A stretch of 64,000 nucleotides of DNA, taken from assembly GCF_036365525.1 (NCBI RefSeq), contig NC_090371.1, positions 180,858,101 through 180,922,100 on the forward strand, read 5' to 3'. This DNA is from Heterodontus francisci (lineage: Eukaryota). The notes beneath the pieces were generated by a model. That model had not been told where the DNA came from and did not search any database. It saw only the letters and a program-made list of their open reading frames with translations. This document shows positions 11,521 through 24,246 of this stretch, in pieces; position 1 is the stretch's first letter; every line of letters begins with the position of its first letter. A program made the translations under genes and the position numbers.

Positions 11521-13250
11521 ATGAACAGAGCAACTACTGTCACGATTCTCATCCTGCTTTTGTGTGCCATTGCTGCACAGGGTATGTCGATGTTTTTAGC
11601 TTGTGTTTTATTGCATTGGAGTGTGGAAAGGAGTCATTCTGTTGAGTTACTGATCAGCTATGCATGCCCCAGTGTGCAGGTTGGTTATTCATTGTGCAAT
11701 TAAATGGTCACCGACACTATATGCTATTGATAATACAATGCTGGTTTGAACAGCTTTCAAAGCTGAAACAAAGTGTCAAAATTCTTAACTTCAATCAACA
11801 TCTAAATCACAGTTAAATTGATTTTTTCACAGGTATTCCAATCCCAGGAACTCAGGGAAGGTGCCAGTGCCCTCAGACCAGCTCCAAAATGATCCGCCTG
11901 AATCATATCCAGAATTTGAAATTTATCCCTAAAGGATCTCACTGTGAGACACTGGAGATAATGTGAGTAAATGGGTCAGAAGGTCACCTTCAACATTTCT
12001 TCTTCTGTGACGTCTATTTAGAAGCTGTGCTCTTTGTTCAAAGCATGTTGGATCAATCACTGTTTATGATGAGTTTTACTGAATTCTCACCTTTCAGTGG
12101 GAGACATCCAATTTCTGTGGATTAGATTTTAAAGGTTTACCTTCTCTTCACAGTGTCACCTTGAAAACTGGAAATCAATTATGCGTGAGTCCTGATGCCA
12201 AGTGGGTGAAGACTATTATTAAAGCCAAGAAAGGTTGGTGTTGGTGTTTGTCAGAATTCAGACTTTACATGTCAATAAAAGCAATTTTTTATTTCACTAT
12301 GTCTGTTGTCTCCTGCTTGGCTGAGGGCATTGATTCCTTTCTGCTGCATATTCCCACAGGCTCTTGGTGCATTCTGGTACCATGCCCAAGTGGCCAACAT
12401 TTATGTGTCAGCCATGACAGTGAATGTCAGCAAGCTATTCAGCCACAATATTCATCAGAGTTGAGCCCTACACTGCCCTCGCCATGCATCCATATATGGT
12501 AAATCACAGAGGCGGCAGATGGGGGTCACTGGATAGCAATCAGCTGCAGGAATACTGGGCGATGTCATGTTCCCTCACCCACAATGCTGTGACCAATTGT
12601 TGTACCTATAGTACCCAGCCGAGATCAACCAATTAATCACAATGAATGATCAAAACAGAAACTTTAAAAATAAGATATTTAAAATATCTCTTCACCATTT
12701 TCATCTCCTTTTCCTGCCACATTCCTTCCATTATGGTCAACTGCAGAATTTTCTGCACTGCACATTAAGCTGCCCCATTGCATCTTTGTTTCAAACATAT
12801 TTTTAACCTTTAACATAATATTCCTGCAGACTCCTGTCAGAACTGAGATTTTAAATGGATATATTTGTTCAAGTTACACAGAAATGTTGTTCAGTAAACT
12901 CTAGACCATCTTTCTCCCTGTTTTGTGTCATCCACCATTGTCAGAAGTCAGGATTTTATTTACCATTTACTGACTTTGCATTATTCTAGAATGTCTTTCA
13001 TTCATCACAATGGAAGGAAGAGACAACTGTGACCCTGTGAATGCTGCATGCTGTTAAAACCAAATTGCAAAATCAATGAATTGTGAACAAAATCACAAGT
13101 GTTAGCAATGCTGTGTAATGGGCTGATTGATAATTCTCCATAATGATGTTGCTGAAGACATTGCCCTCTATATTAAAATAAATATCTGCGGTTAATGAGG
13201 AAAAATGTAATTTATTTTGTTTTATTTCAGGTGCCAGACAACACAACTGA
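11521..13250 (+). CDS. CXC chemokine copy 1 (ELR-negative, CXCL8/CXCL9-11-like), 96 aa; exons 11521-11581, 11833-11962, 12154-12233, 13231-13250
   Basis: Manual splicing at GT-AG sites (exons 61/130/80/20 nt, phases 1-2-1) gives MNRATTVTILILLLCAIAAQGIPIPGTQGRCQCPQTSSKMIRLNHIQNLKFIPKGSHCETLEIIVTLKTGNQLCVSPDAKWVKTIIKAKKGARQHN*. It has a signal peptide, the CQC motif plus two more Cys, and the EIIVTLK and C-x-x-P-x-x-x-WV motifs. The 4-exon layout is typical of CXC chemokines. Confidence 0.93.
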
Positions 13251-13554
13251 GAAATGAAGACACAATGGGTTGGACTCAATTCCACACCTGGGAACCCGCC
13301 GTACAGTGAACGCTGCAATGAAGGATGTTCTGTCCAACGTGTTCACTTTCTTCCGTCACCTTCTGATAACTTGTTCAAATATTAACCCTGCATTGTTTTT
13401 TGAAAATGGTTTCACTGTTTAACCCTGTTGCACTCTAATCGTTTACCCACAGCTAAAGAAAGCAGTCTGACGTTTTTGTGAAACCTTATGCCAGGACTAA
13501 AGTTTCTTTCACATGGTGTTAGGTGTACGATTATTAAGAATAGACTCTTTTAGA

Positions 13555-13950
13555 CTAGATTACGAGCAGAGAAAGGAGGGAGGGCAGGAAAGAACAAAAG
13601 GGAAAGCTGGTGACAGGGTTGAAGACAGGAGAGATTAAATGACAAAAGAAGTGATGGTGCAAGGTTTAAAAGAGATGGTAATGGAACAAGGAAAGAAAGA
13701 AAATCTGTGCATAGAGGTGTAAATGGGAAAGCAGAATCACCATCAAAAGATGCTGTCAAAAAATAGTGGGGGGGGTGGGGGGTGCAGGGGAAGTTATGAT
13801 CTGAAATTGTTGAACTCAATGTTGAGTCCGGAACACAGTAAAGTGCCAGTCAAAAGATGAGGCGCTGTTCTTCGAGCATGCACTGAGTTTGTTTGGCGCA
13901 GTGTAGGAGATTGAGGACACAAAGGTTAGAGTGGGAGTGGAGCAAAGAAT
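13555..13950 (-). mobile_element. Penelope-like retroelement fragment (GIY-YIG C-terminus + 3' region) in the chemokine 3' UTR region; also ~37654-38048 and ~56039-56433
   Basis: Minus strand reads ..LEEQRLIF*L..GLNIEFNNFR across a frameshift, the typical C-terminus of vertebrate Penelope GIY-YIG proteins, followed by a pyrimidine-rich tract. Confidence 0.65.
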
Positions 13951-14558
13951 TACTGTAATATGACATTGTATCAAACTAACTTACAAACCAAATTTGGTGC
14001 AATCTTCCTTTAGCTGCTCAAATCCTCTTGATGTTCTATGTGACATATTGATGGCAAGATATGGATTTTAATTTTTGACCAAATGTATTTCCAGTTCCAG
14101 TTTGAATGAAAACTTTTTTTATTAAAAGCCAAGAACAATTGCTTTTCATTAAAATTGGTGCTATTTTACTGCACTGACATTTAAACTGGAACCTTGGGAT
14201 TTTCTCAATAACTCACCAGACCTTTGGATCAATCCAAAACTGAAGTCTTTGGAAGCAATTTCTTTATAGAAATCATCTTGTGTATAAAATACCTACCTTT
14301 GAGGAGGTAGTGCTGCTTAATATTAACTGGAATAAGTGGCATTTATAATTAGAAGTAATTTTTGGTCAGTGATCAGTAGAAACATTTTGCAATGAGGGAT
14401 TTCACTGACTGGGTCTTGTTGACTGAAAACCTCAAAGGCTTTGTGTAAAAATTGTGTTGAATATCACTCAGGAAAATTGCTACACGTGATTGAATTGTGT
14501 GTGAATCAATCTTTGGAGTTTTTTGTACCTTTATCCTCAAATGTATTTGAGTGATTCA

Positions 14559-14564
14559 AATAAA
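14559..14564 (+). terminator. Candidate polyadenylation signal of the chemokine
   Basis: AATAAA at the end of an AT-rich tract with ATTTA motifs, followed by T/GT-rich sequence; ATTAAA alternatives near 14121 and 14148. Confidence 0.45.
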
Positions 14565-16027
14565 CTAGATTTCTTATGAAGAATGTGTTATCACTGTTTC
14601 TGAATCATCAGCAAAACAATTGTATGTTTCTCCAGTAGATAAATTTAATGGAATGACCAATAATAATAACCTGTTCGGGCCATTTCTTAAACAATGATAA
14701 AGGTGCAGGATATTTGCAGTGTGGCAGATTTCAGATCAAATTCTGTGAAATCTGGCAGTGATTTTTATGGAGTCTGTTTAACTTTCCTGTTCCCTCACCC
14801 ACACCCCCATTCACTGCTGGAACGGGTTGAAGGGGTTGTTAAGATGTCAGGTTGGTGGGGAGGGGGGCAGAGACGGTGGTGTGGACGCACCTTCCATTGT
14901 AACTCATCTGCAAACTGCTAGGCAGGGTCTGCTGTGCACTGAACTTCAAATCTGGAAGATGACAGGCCCGCATGCAGCCAAAACTAAATCATTGCAGGAT
15001 TCAGCAGGCAGGCTAGATAAAGCCATGTTAACTAGTTTTCTTCATCCCCACCTTCATCCACTCCCTCAAGGAGTCCTTGGGCCTCTCTTGCCCTGGTCTT
15101 GCTTCTCCCTCACATTAACAGTGTCTCCTCTCAACCATCTCCCCAAACCAGCACTGACTCTGGCTGGTGACTGTTTCCCTGGGACCCTGCTGGCTTCAAG
15201 CTCCCACTCAAATTCCCAGTCCCACCCACCAGCCCTGACCCCACCCACAGGTTTTCGGCTGGTCTCAGGGCTGCACTATACAAATGATGCCCAGATATTA
15301 AAATGGCGAGGGCTACACGCTCAACTTTCTATGGGGTTTCCCTTCCATTCGCAAGCCGCCTAGGCTGAATCTACCCCTGTAAGAGTTGATTTCTCCAGAG
15401 TGAGAACCTGTCAGAAGTAATATTTTTATTACATCATCTTATGTGTGGGGAGAGAGGCAACATCAGTTTAGGGATCTTTGATGTTCAGTAGCAGGATGTT
15501 GATTGCTCCCTATTTAAATACGACAATAACCAATGAACAGAAGGTGCTCCAGTTTAAGATCTACTCTTCCTGGACCATTATTTCTAAGAAAGCCAAATCA
15601 ATTCTGGAATCTTAATTGAGCTGATGCCTTGCTATTGTTTTTTAGATTTTCTACTTAGATTATCAAATGTCCCAAATGACATCCTATATGTGACCATGGG
15701 AAACTATTTCTCTCCATCCTTCTCAGGCAGCAGGAGGGACTAATCTCCGAATGATCAGGCGAGCTGTAGAGCTGGGACCAGCGCAGAATAATGATAAAAT
15801 AATTTCAATGACCATTGTAGTGGCAGCTGCTGGCTAGGTCACATCCATGTCCTGAAAACCCAAAGCCTACTCTGCTCAGGGCAGCACAATTCCTGGAAAG
15901 GGTCCAATTTTGGGTTGTCTGTTTTTCAGGCTTCCTTCAGGTGGATGATATTGCATCCTGAAATTAACCCCATTTATGCCTGTTTTATACTTGTAAAATG
16001 GGCTAAACAAGGAACAATTTCTACCTC

Positions 16028-19000
16028 TGTTACGACCAGGTGAGAAAAGAGGTCTACGGGTTCCCTCTTTAGTTTCCCCTGAGTGAATTCTTGTTCACTG
16101 CTCTCCAATTGTAATGGCAAAGAAATCAACCAGACAGGTGTTCTCAGATTTAAACAAGAAAGGTATAAGTTTATTAATTTAAAACTCTAATTCGGTTAAT
16201 ATTACTAAAAATACTCAACGCGACCACCCTAGCACGCATGCACAATAAACACACACGCGGTTAGAAACAGCAAAGTGCAAAGAATCAAGGGGAATTGTTT
16301 GAAGCAACAGTTGGAGTTCATTTTCTGTCTTTTGAGTTTGATGTAAAGTCTTCGATTGAAGTTCGATCTTGCTGTCTTGTTGGGGCCCAGTACACACTTT
16401 CAAACTTGTTCGATGACTTTCTGTCTTCTTGAAATCCACTTGCAGTTTCTTCTTTTTGTGAGAGAAAGAGATGCGGGGAGAGACCTTCCTTCTGTTTTAT
16501 CTTCAAATCGCAGTCTGACCCAAACTGTTCTGTGAACACAATTCAAACCAAAACTGAGCCAGCAGGCCAGTCATATAAGTAGCTCTTTTTTTTTAGAGAC
16601 AACCTGCCCGGTGAGTTTTTGTAAATTCTTTTGACTAGGGGGCTGGAATGCTGGCTTTCACACAGTCAATGCCTGGTGATCAAAATCCATTTGGATTAAT
16701 TGAATCAGGGAGCAGTTCCATTGTCTTCTCCAGGCAACTGTCTATTTGAATGCAAATGTTTCCAGCCACTGTCCTGTTCGAATGCAGGTTCAGCCATGTT
16801 TTCAGTCCAGTAAGAGTTTAAAATTAATGTTCCACATGGGGAAATTAATATGCCTCATTCTTGACAGGTATAGTTTTCACGACACCTCCTCATCCTGCAG
16901 AATGACATGCCACTTCAGAAGAGCATTTCATTAAAAGAGAATAGAGAGAAGAGTAAGTACAGGAAAACACACATGCATTTCTCTCATTCATTCTCATTCA
17001 TTCAGAAATCCTACAAATCGTTACAGCATGCCTTTAAGTAGCAATGCTGTTTTAACTGCCCTTATTGGCATCCCAATAAACATGTGATTTTTGGGTAATT
17101 TTTCAGTTTGTACATTTCCATGACTGCATAGTTTGTCTTTGTTCCTGTTGAGGTCTGCAGGGGGAGGTTCAGATTTAACTAACACTAGGTTAGAGTTCTG
17201 CACCTGAGAGTCAGTAGTGGGTGGATCCATTCAGTGATTTGATGAGTCATGCCAGGGCTTTTCACCTTAGGGGATAGTTGGTTCCCTTTCTTCCTGACTG
17301 TGGGGGATGATTCTTTGCTCATTTTCCCTTTGTCCTCTGGGACACTCCTGCTTGCAGGTATTTGTCCAGATTCTGCTACACTCCCTTGCGGCACTTCGAC
17401 TAGGTGAGGCATCACCCTTACAGTTTCTCTGCCCTCTGGAGGACTTTCTTTGTCTCTGCCAGTTTCTGTCAATGCTGTGAGTAATTCTGGTGGGGTGCTT
17501 CTGGCGTCTGCATTTACCTAGGAGAATGTGGAGTCTATGTTTTCCAACATTATGTGGTTGGCTGACCAGACAGTCGTGGTTTTCATCTGGGAACCCACTC
17601 GGATTTACTTTAACCTGTCCTCGTTGTCCCTTTTTCCCCTCTCCTCTCTAACCTTTTTCCAGCCTTGTGCCTGTCTGTCCCCTTTTGTTCTCAGCAGGGG
17701 TCCCTTACAGTTCACCAGCCCTCTGCTCGAGGGTCCTCCAAACTCTGAAACAGGACTTAGGGGTGCAGGTTTCACTGTAGGTTGGGGTTCCCCCTGAACC
17801 TGGCACATGTGGCAACTCCTACAGTACTCCACCACATGTTTGTGGAGTTTTCGCCAGTCAAACTGCTGCCTTACATGGGCTTTGGTCTCTCGTATACTGA
17901 CATGTATAGCCACTGTAACCTCATGGGCCATTCTTAAAATTTCTTCCTCTGCAGCACCACTAACGTGTGAACCACTGTCCACTCCTTGCTCTCAGGTCTG
18001 CGAGGAGAACACCACTTCTTTATCAATACCTCATTCTTTAAATAGTAGCAGTCAGGAACTCCCTCTGCTTCAATTTCAGACTGGGCAGCCTGTGCTAGCT
18101 CTCTCTATACTGGGTCGGCTCGCTGAGCCTCGGCTTGGGAAGATCTATTTAATTCATTCCCTGGGTCTTGTAACTTTCCAAAGAAAGTCTCAGACAGGCA
18201 GACCTCATGGTCATCTGCCGACAGTGCTGATTCAGTCTCCTCTGGGGGAGTTGGTTTGATCATGGCCCCATGCACTACACATTCAGGGAAACTGCAGAGG
18301 ACAGTCTCCTGCCACTGCCCTGTCTCTCTGACCTCCTGCGGTCTTTCTTTCACTACTGGAGAAGCTACCACCTTCACCCCTACCAGATCATTACCAAGGA
18401 GTAGGTCAACCCTGTCCGCAGGCAAACTAGGGACAATTCCTACAGTCACCGATCCCGAAACTAGGTCACACTCCAAGAGCACCCGGTGTAAATGTACACT
18501 GCCCTCCAATACCATTCACCACCATTCTAGTATTAACTACACTCTCTGGGGGAAAGGGCAGGCCTTTTCCCAGTAAAAGGGATCTCGTGGCCCCTGTGTC
18601 CCTCAGGATTACTATTGACTTGCTTGCTCCGCTCGAGGGGTCTGATAACGTTCAAGAATCCTATTAAATTTTCCAGAACTCGCAGTAGTATGCTTCCTGG
18701 GCCTTACTACTGCTGCAGTTAAAGCTACAGCTTGTTCTACTGTGCTTTCCATCAGGGTCCTTTCTCCGTCACTGAACTGGTGTGCCCTGATTAACCATAA
18801 AGGCTTTCCCCGTAGTTTCCAGCAGTCAGCTCTTAGATGACCTGCTTTAATACAGTGGAAGCACACAGGTCTCCAGGTCTCACTCCTACTTACAGCATCT
18901 TCCTTTTTGGCTGGAGGAGGGCCCCCTGTGTCTCCTGCTTTTCCATCTCTCCCAGGACTGCGTGCGCTACTATCACCTTTCCACCCTTTGTCCTTCTCAG

Positions 19001-21044
19001 ATTTGTGGGGGTGATGAGGAAAGACTTTTCCCTGGGGAACCGACTTACAGATGAGAGCAAACTCTTCAGCCAGAACTGCAGCTTGCCTGGCTCTTTGAAC
19101 TTTTTGTGTATTCATGGAGAGTGGGAGAGGCTTTTTAAATTCCTCGAGCAAAATTATCTCTCTGAAATTTTCATAGCTGGGCTGCACTTTAAGAGCCCTC
19201 AGTCACTGGTCAAAAGCCAGTTGCTTACATCTCTCAAACTCCAAGTAAGTTTGATCAGCTTGCTTCTTGAGGGTTTGAAACTTTTGGTGATAGGCTTCCG
19301 GTACTAGCTCATATGCCCAAGGATAGCATTTTTTGTCAGTTCATAATTTGATGAACTCTCATCTGGCAACAGGGAATAAACCTCATGGGCTTTTCCTCTT
19401 AACTTGCTTTGCAACAGAAGAGTCCAAGTCTCAGCTGGCCACTTTAACTGCCTTGCAAGTTTTTCAAAAGATACGAAAACTGCTTCCACGTCTCCCTTAT
19501 TGAATTTTGGGATCAGTTGAGTAAATTTTAACGATTCAGTACCCAGCCCTGAATTATGATCCTCCATATTGCCATGCTTTCACTGGGGTTACTCTGTTGC
19601 CCCCTAGTTAACTCAAGCTCTCTCTCCTCGCATTCCTTCCGGAAGGTTGTTGCTCTCTTTCTCTGCTGTCTCTCTTTTTCTTCACAGTGCTTCTGGAAGG
19701 CACTTTCTTTCTCTCTCTCTCCTCTCTCTCTTTCTCATTCTCTTTCCCTGTCTTCTAATTCAAATTTCCTCTGTTCCAATTGTATCTTTGTTCGCAATAC
19801 CTGTCGGAGTCTATTTCTAACCCTGTTTCTGCTTCTTCAGATTTGTGGGAAAATTGGTGAGCCACTAGTCTTAGGAGTTCAGACTTTCTAGCCTTGGCAC
19901 AGATAGTGATCTCACACTGCTCAGCCATTTTTCTGAACTCTTCCACAGATAGTGCTTTTAACTTATCCCAAGTTACTTCACCCTGGCTTGGGGAGCGACT
20001 GGCTTTAGTCATTAACATGTTAATATTCTAGCACACAACCACAAGAAAAACTGTATTGAAATCTTTTCTCTTTTTGATTGGGATCAATTTCCCACTTTCA
20101 ATTTCTCATTTGTCTGTGGGTCGAATCCAGACACTAGCCCCCAAATTTCTGTTACAACCAGGTGAGAAATGGGTCTCAGGGCTTCCTCTCAGTCCTTTCC
20201 TGGTTTGACTATAACATGGTTTAATTTTCAAACACCATGTTTTCAGCTTCCCCTCAGTGAATCCTTGTTCACTGCTCTCCAATTGTCATGGCAAAGAAAT
20301 CAATCAGACAGGTTTTCTTAGATTTCATCAAGAACGGTGTAAGTTTATTAACCCTAAAACACTAATTCGGTTAACACTACCAAAAATATGGGACCCAACC
20401 ACTGTAGCATGCATACGCGATAAACACACAGGCAGATAGAGAGAGAAAAGGGCAAAGAATCAAGGGGAAAGGTTTGAACCAATAGCTGGAGTTTATTTAC
20501 TGTCTTTTGAGTTTGATGTAAAGTCTTTGATTGCAATTCGATCTTGCCGTCTAGTTGGGGATCAGTACACACTTTCAAATTAGTTCGATGGTTTTCTGTC
20601 TTCTTGAAATCCAGTTGCAGTTTCTTCTTTTCGTGAGAGAGAGAGAGACAGGGAGAGACCTTCCTTCTCTTTTGTCTTCAAATTGCAGTCGGACCCAAAC
20701 TGTTCTGTGAACACAATTCAAACCAAACTTGGACCAGCAGGCCAGTCATGTGACTCGCTCTTTTTTTTTGAGACAACCTGCCCAGCGAGTTTTGTGGATT
20801 CTTTCAATCTTAGTCGACATCCACAGTAGGGGGCTGGAATGCTGGCTTCCACAGAAGATCCATTAGGGTTAATTGAATCAGAGAACAGTTCCATTGTCTT
20901 CTCCAGGCAACTGTGAGTTCAAATGCAAACCTTTCCAGCCACTGTCCTGTTAGAATGCAGGTGCAGCTATGTTTTTCGTCCAGTAAGAGTTTCATATGAT
21001 GAAATTAATATGCCTCATTCATGGCAGGTGCGGTTTTCATCACA
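16028..21044 (-). mobile_element. Internally deleted Gmr1-like Gypsy LTR retrotransposon; LTRs 20150-21044 (5') and 16028-16884 (3')
   Basis: TGT...ACA LTRs; 5-bp TSD ACCTC (16023-16027, 21045-21049); tRNA-Pro-like PBS TGGGGGCTag at ~20125-20143; purine tract ggatgaggagg next to the 3' LTR. Coding remnants: gag (FEKLARQLKWP..WTLLLQSKLRGKA), CCHC knuckle CFHCIKAGHLRADC, protease VILRDTGA (~18590-18612), integrase H-H-C-C finger (17605-17982). Confidence 0.92.
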
Positions 21045-22009
21045 ACCTCAGTCTCATGGGAAACTTCCAAATAAAGCTAGGAACCTTAGTAATGAAGAGA
21101 AAAGGAAAGTGAAGTTCTGATCCTTTAACTAGCAACACAATGAAAAACAACTATTCCTCATCAAGCTCCCAGCATCAGTATTGATCAGCTGCTGCTCTGT
21201 GTTTCCTCCAGTTTAAAATGACTTAAATTAGATTCTTGCATCCGAACAAATAAAGTTCAGAATTTAGGTTCATGGGCCCTGAAATTCCAGAATGAGTTTC
21301 CTAATCTTCTGGTGTAAATCTGGAAAGCGATTGGTGAACCCCTATTGAAGTGGAGAGTGACCTTGAGCTTTGCAGCCTGGGTGGCAACCTGGCAGAGCGG
21401 ATCACCCGCCCTTTATGTAACAAACTCGATTTTTGCTCCGTCGATTACAGTGACGTGAAAGTCAGGAGGGTTCTACCATGGATGGTTAACTCGCTCCACT
21501 CGGTTACTGCTTCACCTGAAAAAGTAGAAAAATACTCCCATGCTGCAAATTGCTGACTCTGAGGGTTCTGTGAGTTACCTGTCAATATCAAAGCAGCAGA
21601 TCGGGGGAAATCCCCCAAGGATTTGCCAAGCTTTAATGCCATTCTGGTCTAAGATCAATATTTGCATGGAAACACTTTATCGATGGCAGGCTCATCTTAC
21701 ACTGCTCCTCCCTGGTAGTGGGAATCATTGAGGAATCTAAAACTGGAGTAAAACAAGATTATCTTCTCTAATTCACAAATTCTTAGCCACACCAGATAGC
21801 CGCAATTGGTTTATATGTTAACAAATTATTGGAATTTCACGACCTGAAATGTGAATTACACCAAGGTCGAAGTCACAATACACTGTGATAAATATTCCAT
21901 TCCACCAATCCAAGTACGTGCTGGGAGTGCATCTGCAAATCTGCACATTTCCAGACATTTTGTCCACTAGTTTCATTGGGCACAAAATTGCAGTGTACCA
22001 TATTGTGAT

Positions 22010-22835
22010 AAAAAGGGGAGCAGGAATGGGCTGAATAATTACAGGGCAGGCAGCCTGAGAGATGGACAATTCTTTTTTGATGAGGTAACAAGAAGGGTCG
22101 ATGTGGGTAGAACATTTGATAGAGTCGATATGGATTTTAGCAGGACATTTGACAAGGTTCCACATGGCAGACTGGTCAGACAAGGAACAGATCTTGGGAT
22201 CCAAGGGCGAGTAGCTCGTCAGTCGGAACCAAAATTAGTTGAGTGGCAGGAGCATAGGGTAATGGTCAACGGGTGTTATTTCACTTGGATGGCTGTTTCC
22301 AGTGGGGTTCCAAAGGACTCAGTACTGGAACCCATGCTTTTGTGCTATACATCTATGGGCAAGAAACCTGCAGACAGTAGAAAAATCAATTGTGTGGTTA
22401 ACAGAGAAGAATAAAGCTGTAGATTGTAAGGAGATAATAACGAACTGGTCAGGTGGGATGAAGAGTGGCTGATTGAATTCTTTCTGGATAAATGTCAGGT
22501 AATCCATTTGGGGAGGGCAAACAAGGCACGGGAATACACAATAAATGGTAGGTGAAGGAAAAGTATAGAGCAACAGAGGGACATTGAAGTCCATATCCAC
22601 AGATCCCTGAAGGGGGCAGGACAGGCAGATAAGTGGTTAAGAAGGCAAATTGGATAGTTTGCATTATTAGACAGGGCATAGAAAATAATAGCAGAGAGGT
22701 CATGATAGAACTCTTTAAAACACTAGTTAGGCCACAGCTGGAATACTGCATGCAGTTCTGATCACTGCATCACAGGAATGATGTGATTGTGCCAGAGAGG
22801 GTACAAAGGAGATTTACCAAAATGTAGCCAGGAAT
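22010..22835 (+). mobile_element. Old CR1 RT fragment (duplicate ~40395-41220)
   Basis: MDFSRTFDKVPHGRLV, VSSGVPKDSVL, and ctagttaggccacagctggaatactg (LVRPQLEYC) remnants. Confidence 0.85.
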
Positions 22836-23625
22836 GACCTGGACATCAGTGGCACACAACAATTTGGACATTGTTCCATTAGATGTGGTACACCTTTATT
22901 AAACCACTATGCAATAGCGCATACTTACGATAATATTGGTTGCTTAGCAGCCCTGCCGCCTGGAGTCTGTCTCGGTCGTCAATCCGCCGATGAGGCTTTC
23001 ATGCGCAACTGTCGGATGGCTGACCACATCACCCTAACCACTGCAGCAAAGATGTTCCTGTGGGCTCTTTCTTTATCTCTTTTTGTGCTATGGTCCTGTG
23101 CCATATAAGTTAAACCTGTCATCGACTACTTCAATTAGTCTAGAATTACCTCACTGTCCTTTTCCAACTGACGTCAGTTCCTTGTCCAGTCGGTTTCTGC
23201 CTTGGGCTTCATGCAGGAATTTCAAGGCCCACGCTTGAGACAACAAAGCAGCTTGGATCCGCTCTGTTATCTCTAACACTGTTATCAATCTCCAGGATGG
23301 TAGTCAGGCATGTTTATTAGTTCTTAATAAGCAAAAGCCTATCTCTCCTCGGATGCAAGCACTTCTGGAGTTTAGTTCATTTTGTAGGATTTGTTAAGTC
23401 TGGCCAAGCTTTGTCATGACCAAATTGACCATCCTGCCTTGCGCTTTCAAGCCCACAATACAGTTCATTAGATGTCTTCAGTCGGGTGCTTCGATGTTCC
23501 ATGTTGCTACCATGAGACAGACTCCACACACACAGCTCTCCACCACAACTGGCCTGCATTAATGAATACAAAAGAAGCAAAGGAACAGTTGCACAGTTAT
23601 AAAGTTATTGCACTTGAAACGGTAA

Positions 23626-24208
23626 TGTTATGATCAGGTGAGGAGGGGTCGAAAGGCTCCCCTCTTGTCCCTTTTCTTGTTTGATGCAACAGGTTTTATT
23701 TCTTTTAAACAGTGGATGTGCTTACCAATTCAATGTATGTTTAACCCTTTTATGTGCTCTGATCATAAAAGAACCAATCGGACAGGTTTTCTTGAGGTTA
23801 AACAACAAAGAGGTTAGTTTATTGTACTTAAAATCAAAACACAATGTAAGTAAAAATAATAAACTATGCTCCAACTTTCATACACACACACACACACATG
23901 AGAATCACACACACACAAATAGGTTAGAGAGTAATGAAGAATAGATTGGCTGGATTAGAGCTCAGAAATAAAAAAAACAGTAGAAAGAACAAATAAAAGA
24001 ATATACAGTCTATGGAGTCTAGTAATTCAGTGGTCCACTGGATGAGCTCGTGATCCTCATGTTTCTGGCTGGTAGAGGTGGCCACCTGGATCAGAGTTTT
24101 CTTACACATTGTGATGTAGATGGTTCTCTCCTGGAGTCTTTGTCTGCAGCACTGATTGACTTGGATGTTACATCTGCCTGCAGATAGGGTTGATCTCACA
24201 GTGTTGCC

Positions 24209-24246
<38 letters not shown>

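Noticed and set aside
11521-11703. 60-aa ORF as a standalone secreted peptide
   Set aside because: It is chemokine exon 1 read into intron 1 past the GTATGT donor at 11582.
14292-14312. ctacct-ttgagg-aggtag hairpin resembling let-7 or a let-7 site
   Set aside because: The stem is too short for a pre-miRNA, and CTACCTT is not a full let-7 seed match.
14827-15363. 178-184 aa ORF present in all units
   Set aside because: No recognisable domain and a non-ATG start in unit 1; persistence is explained by recent duplication.
22840-23620. Possible minus-strand RTE-like LINE remnant
   Set aside because: Only faint peptide resemblance; too degraded to support without a search.
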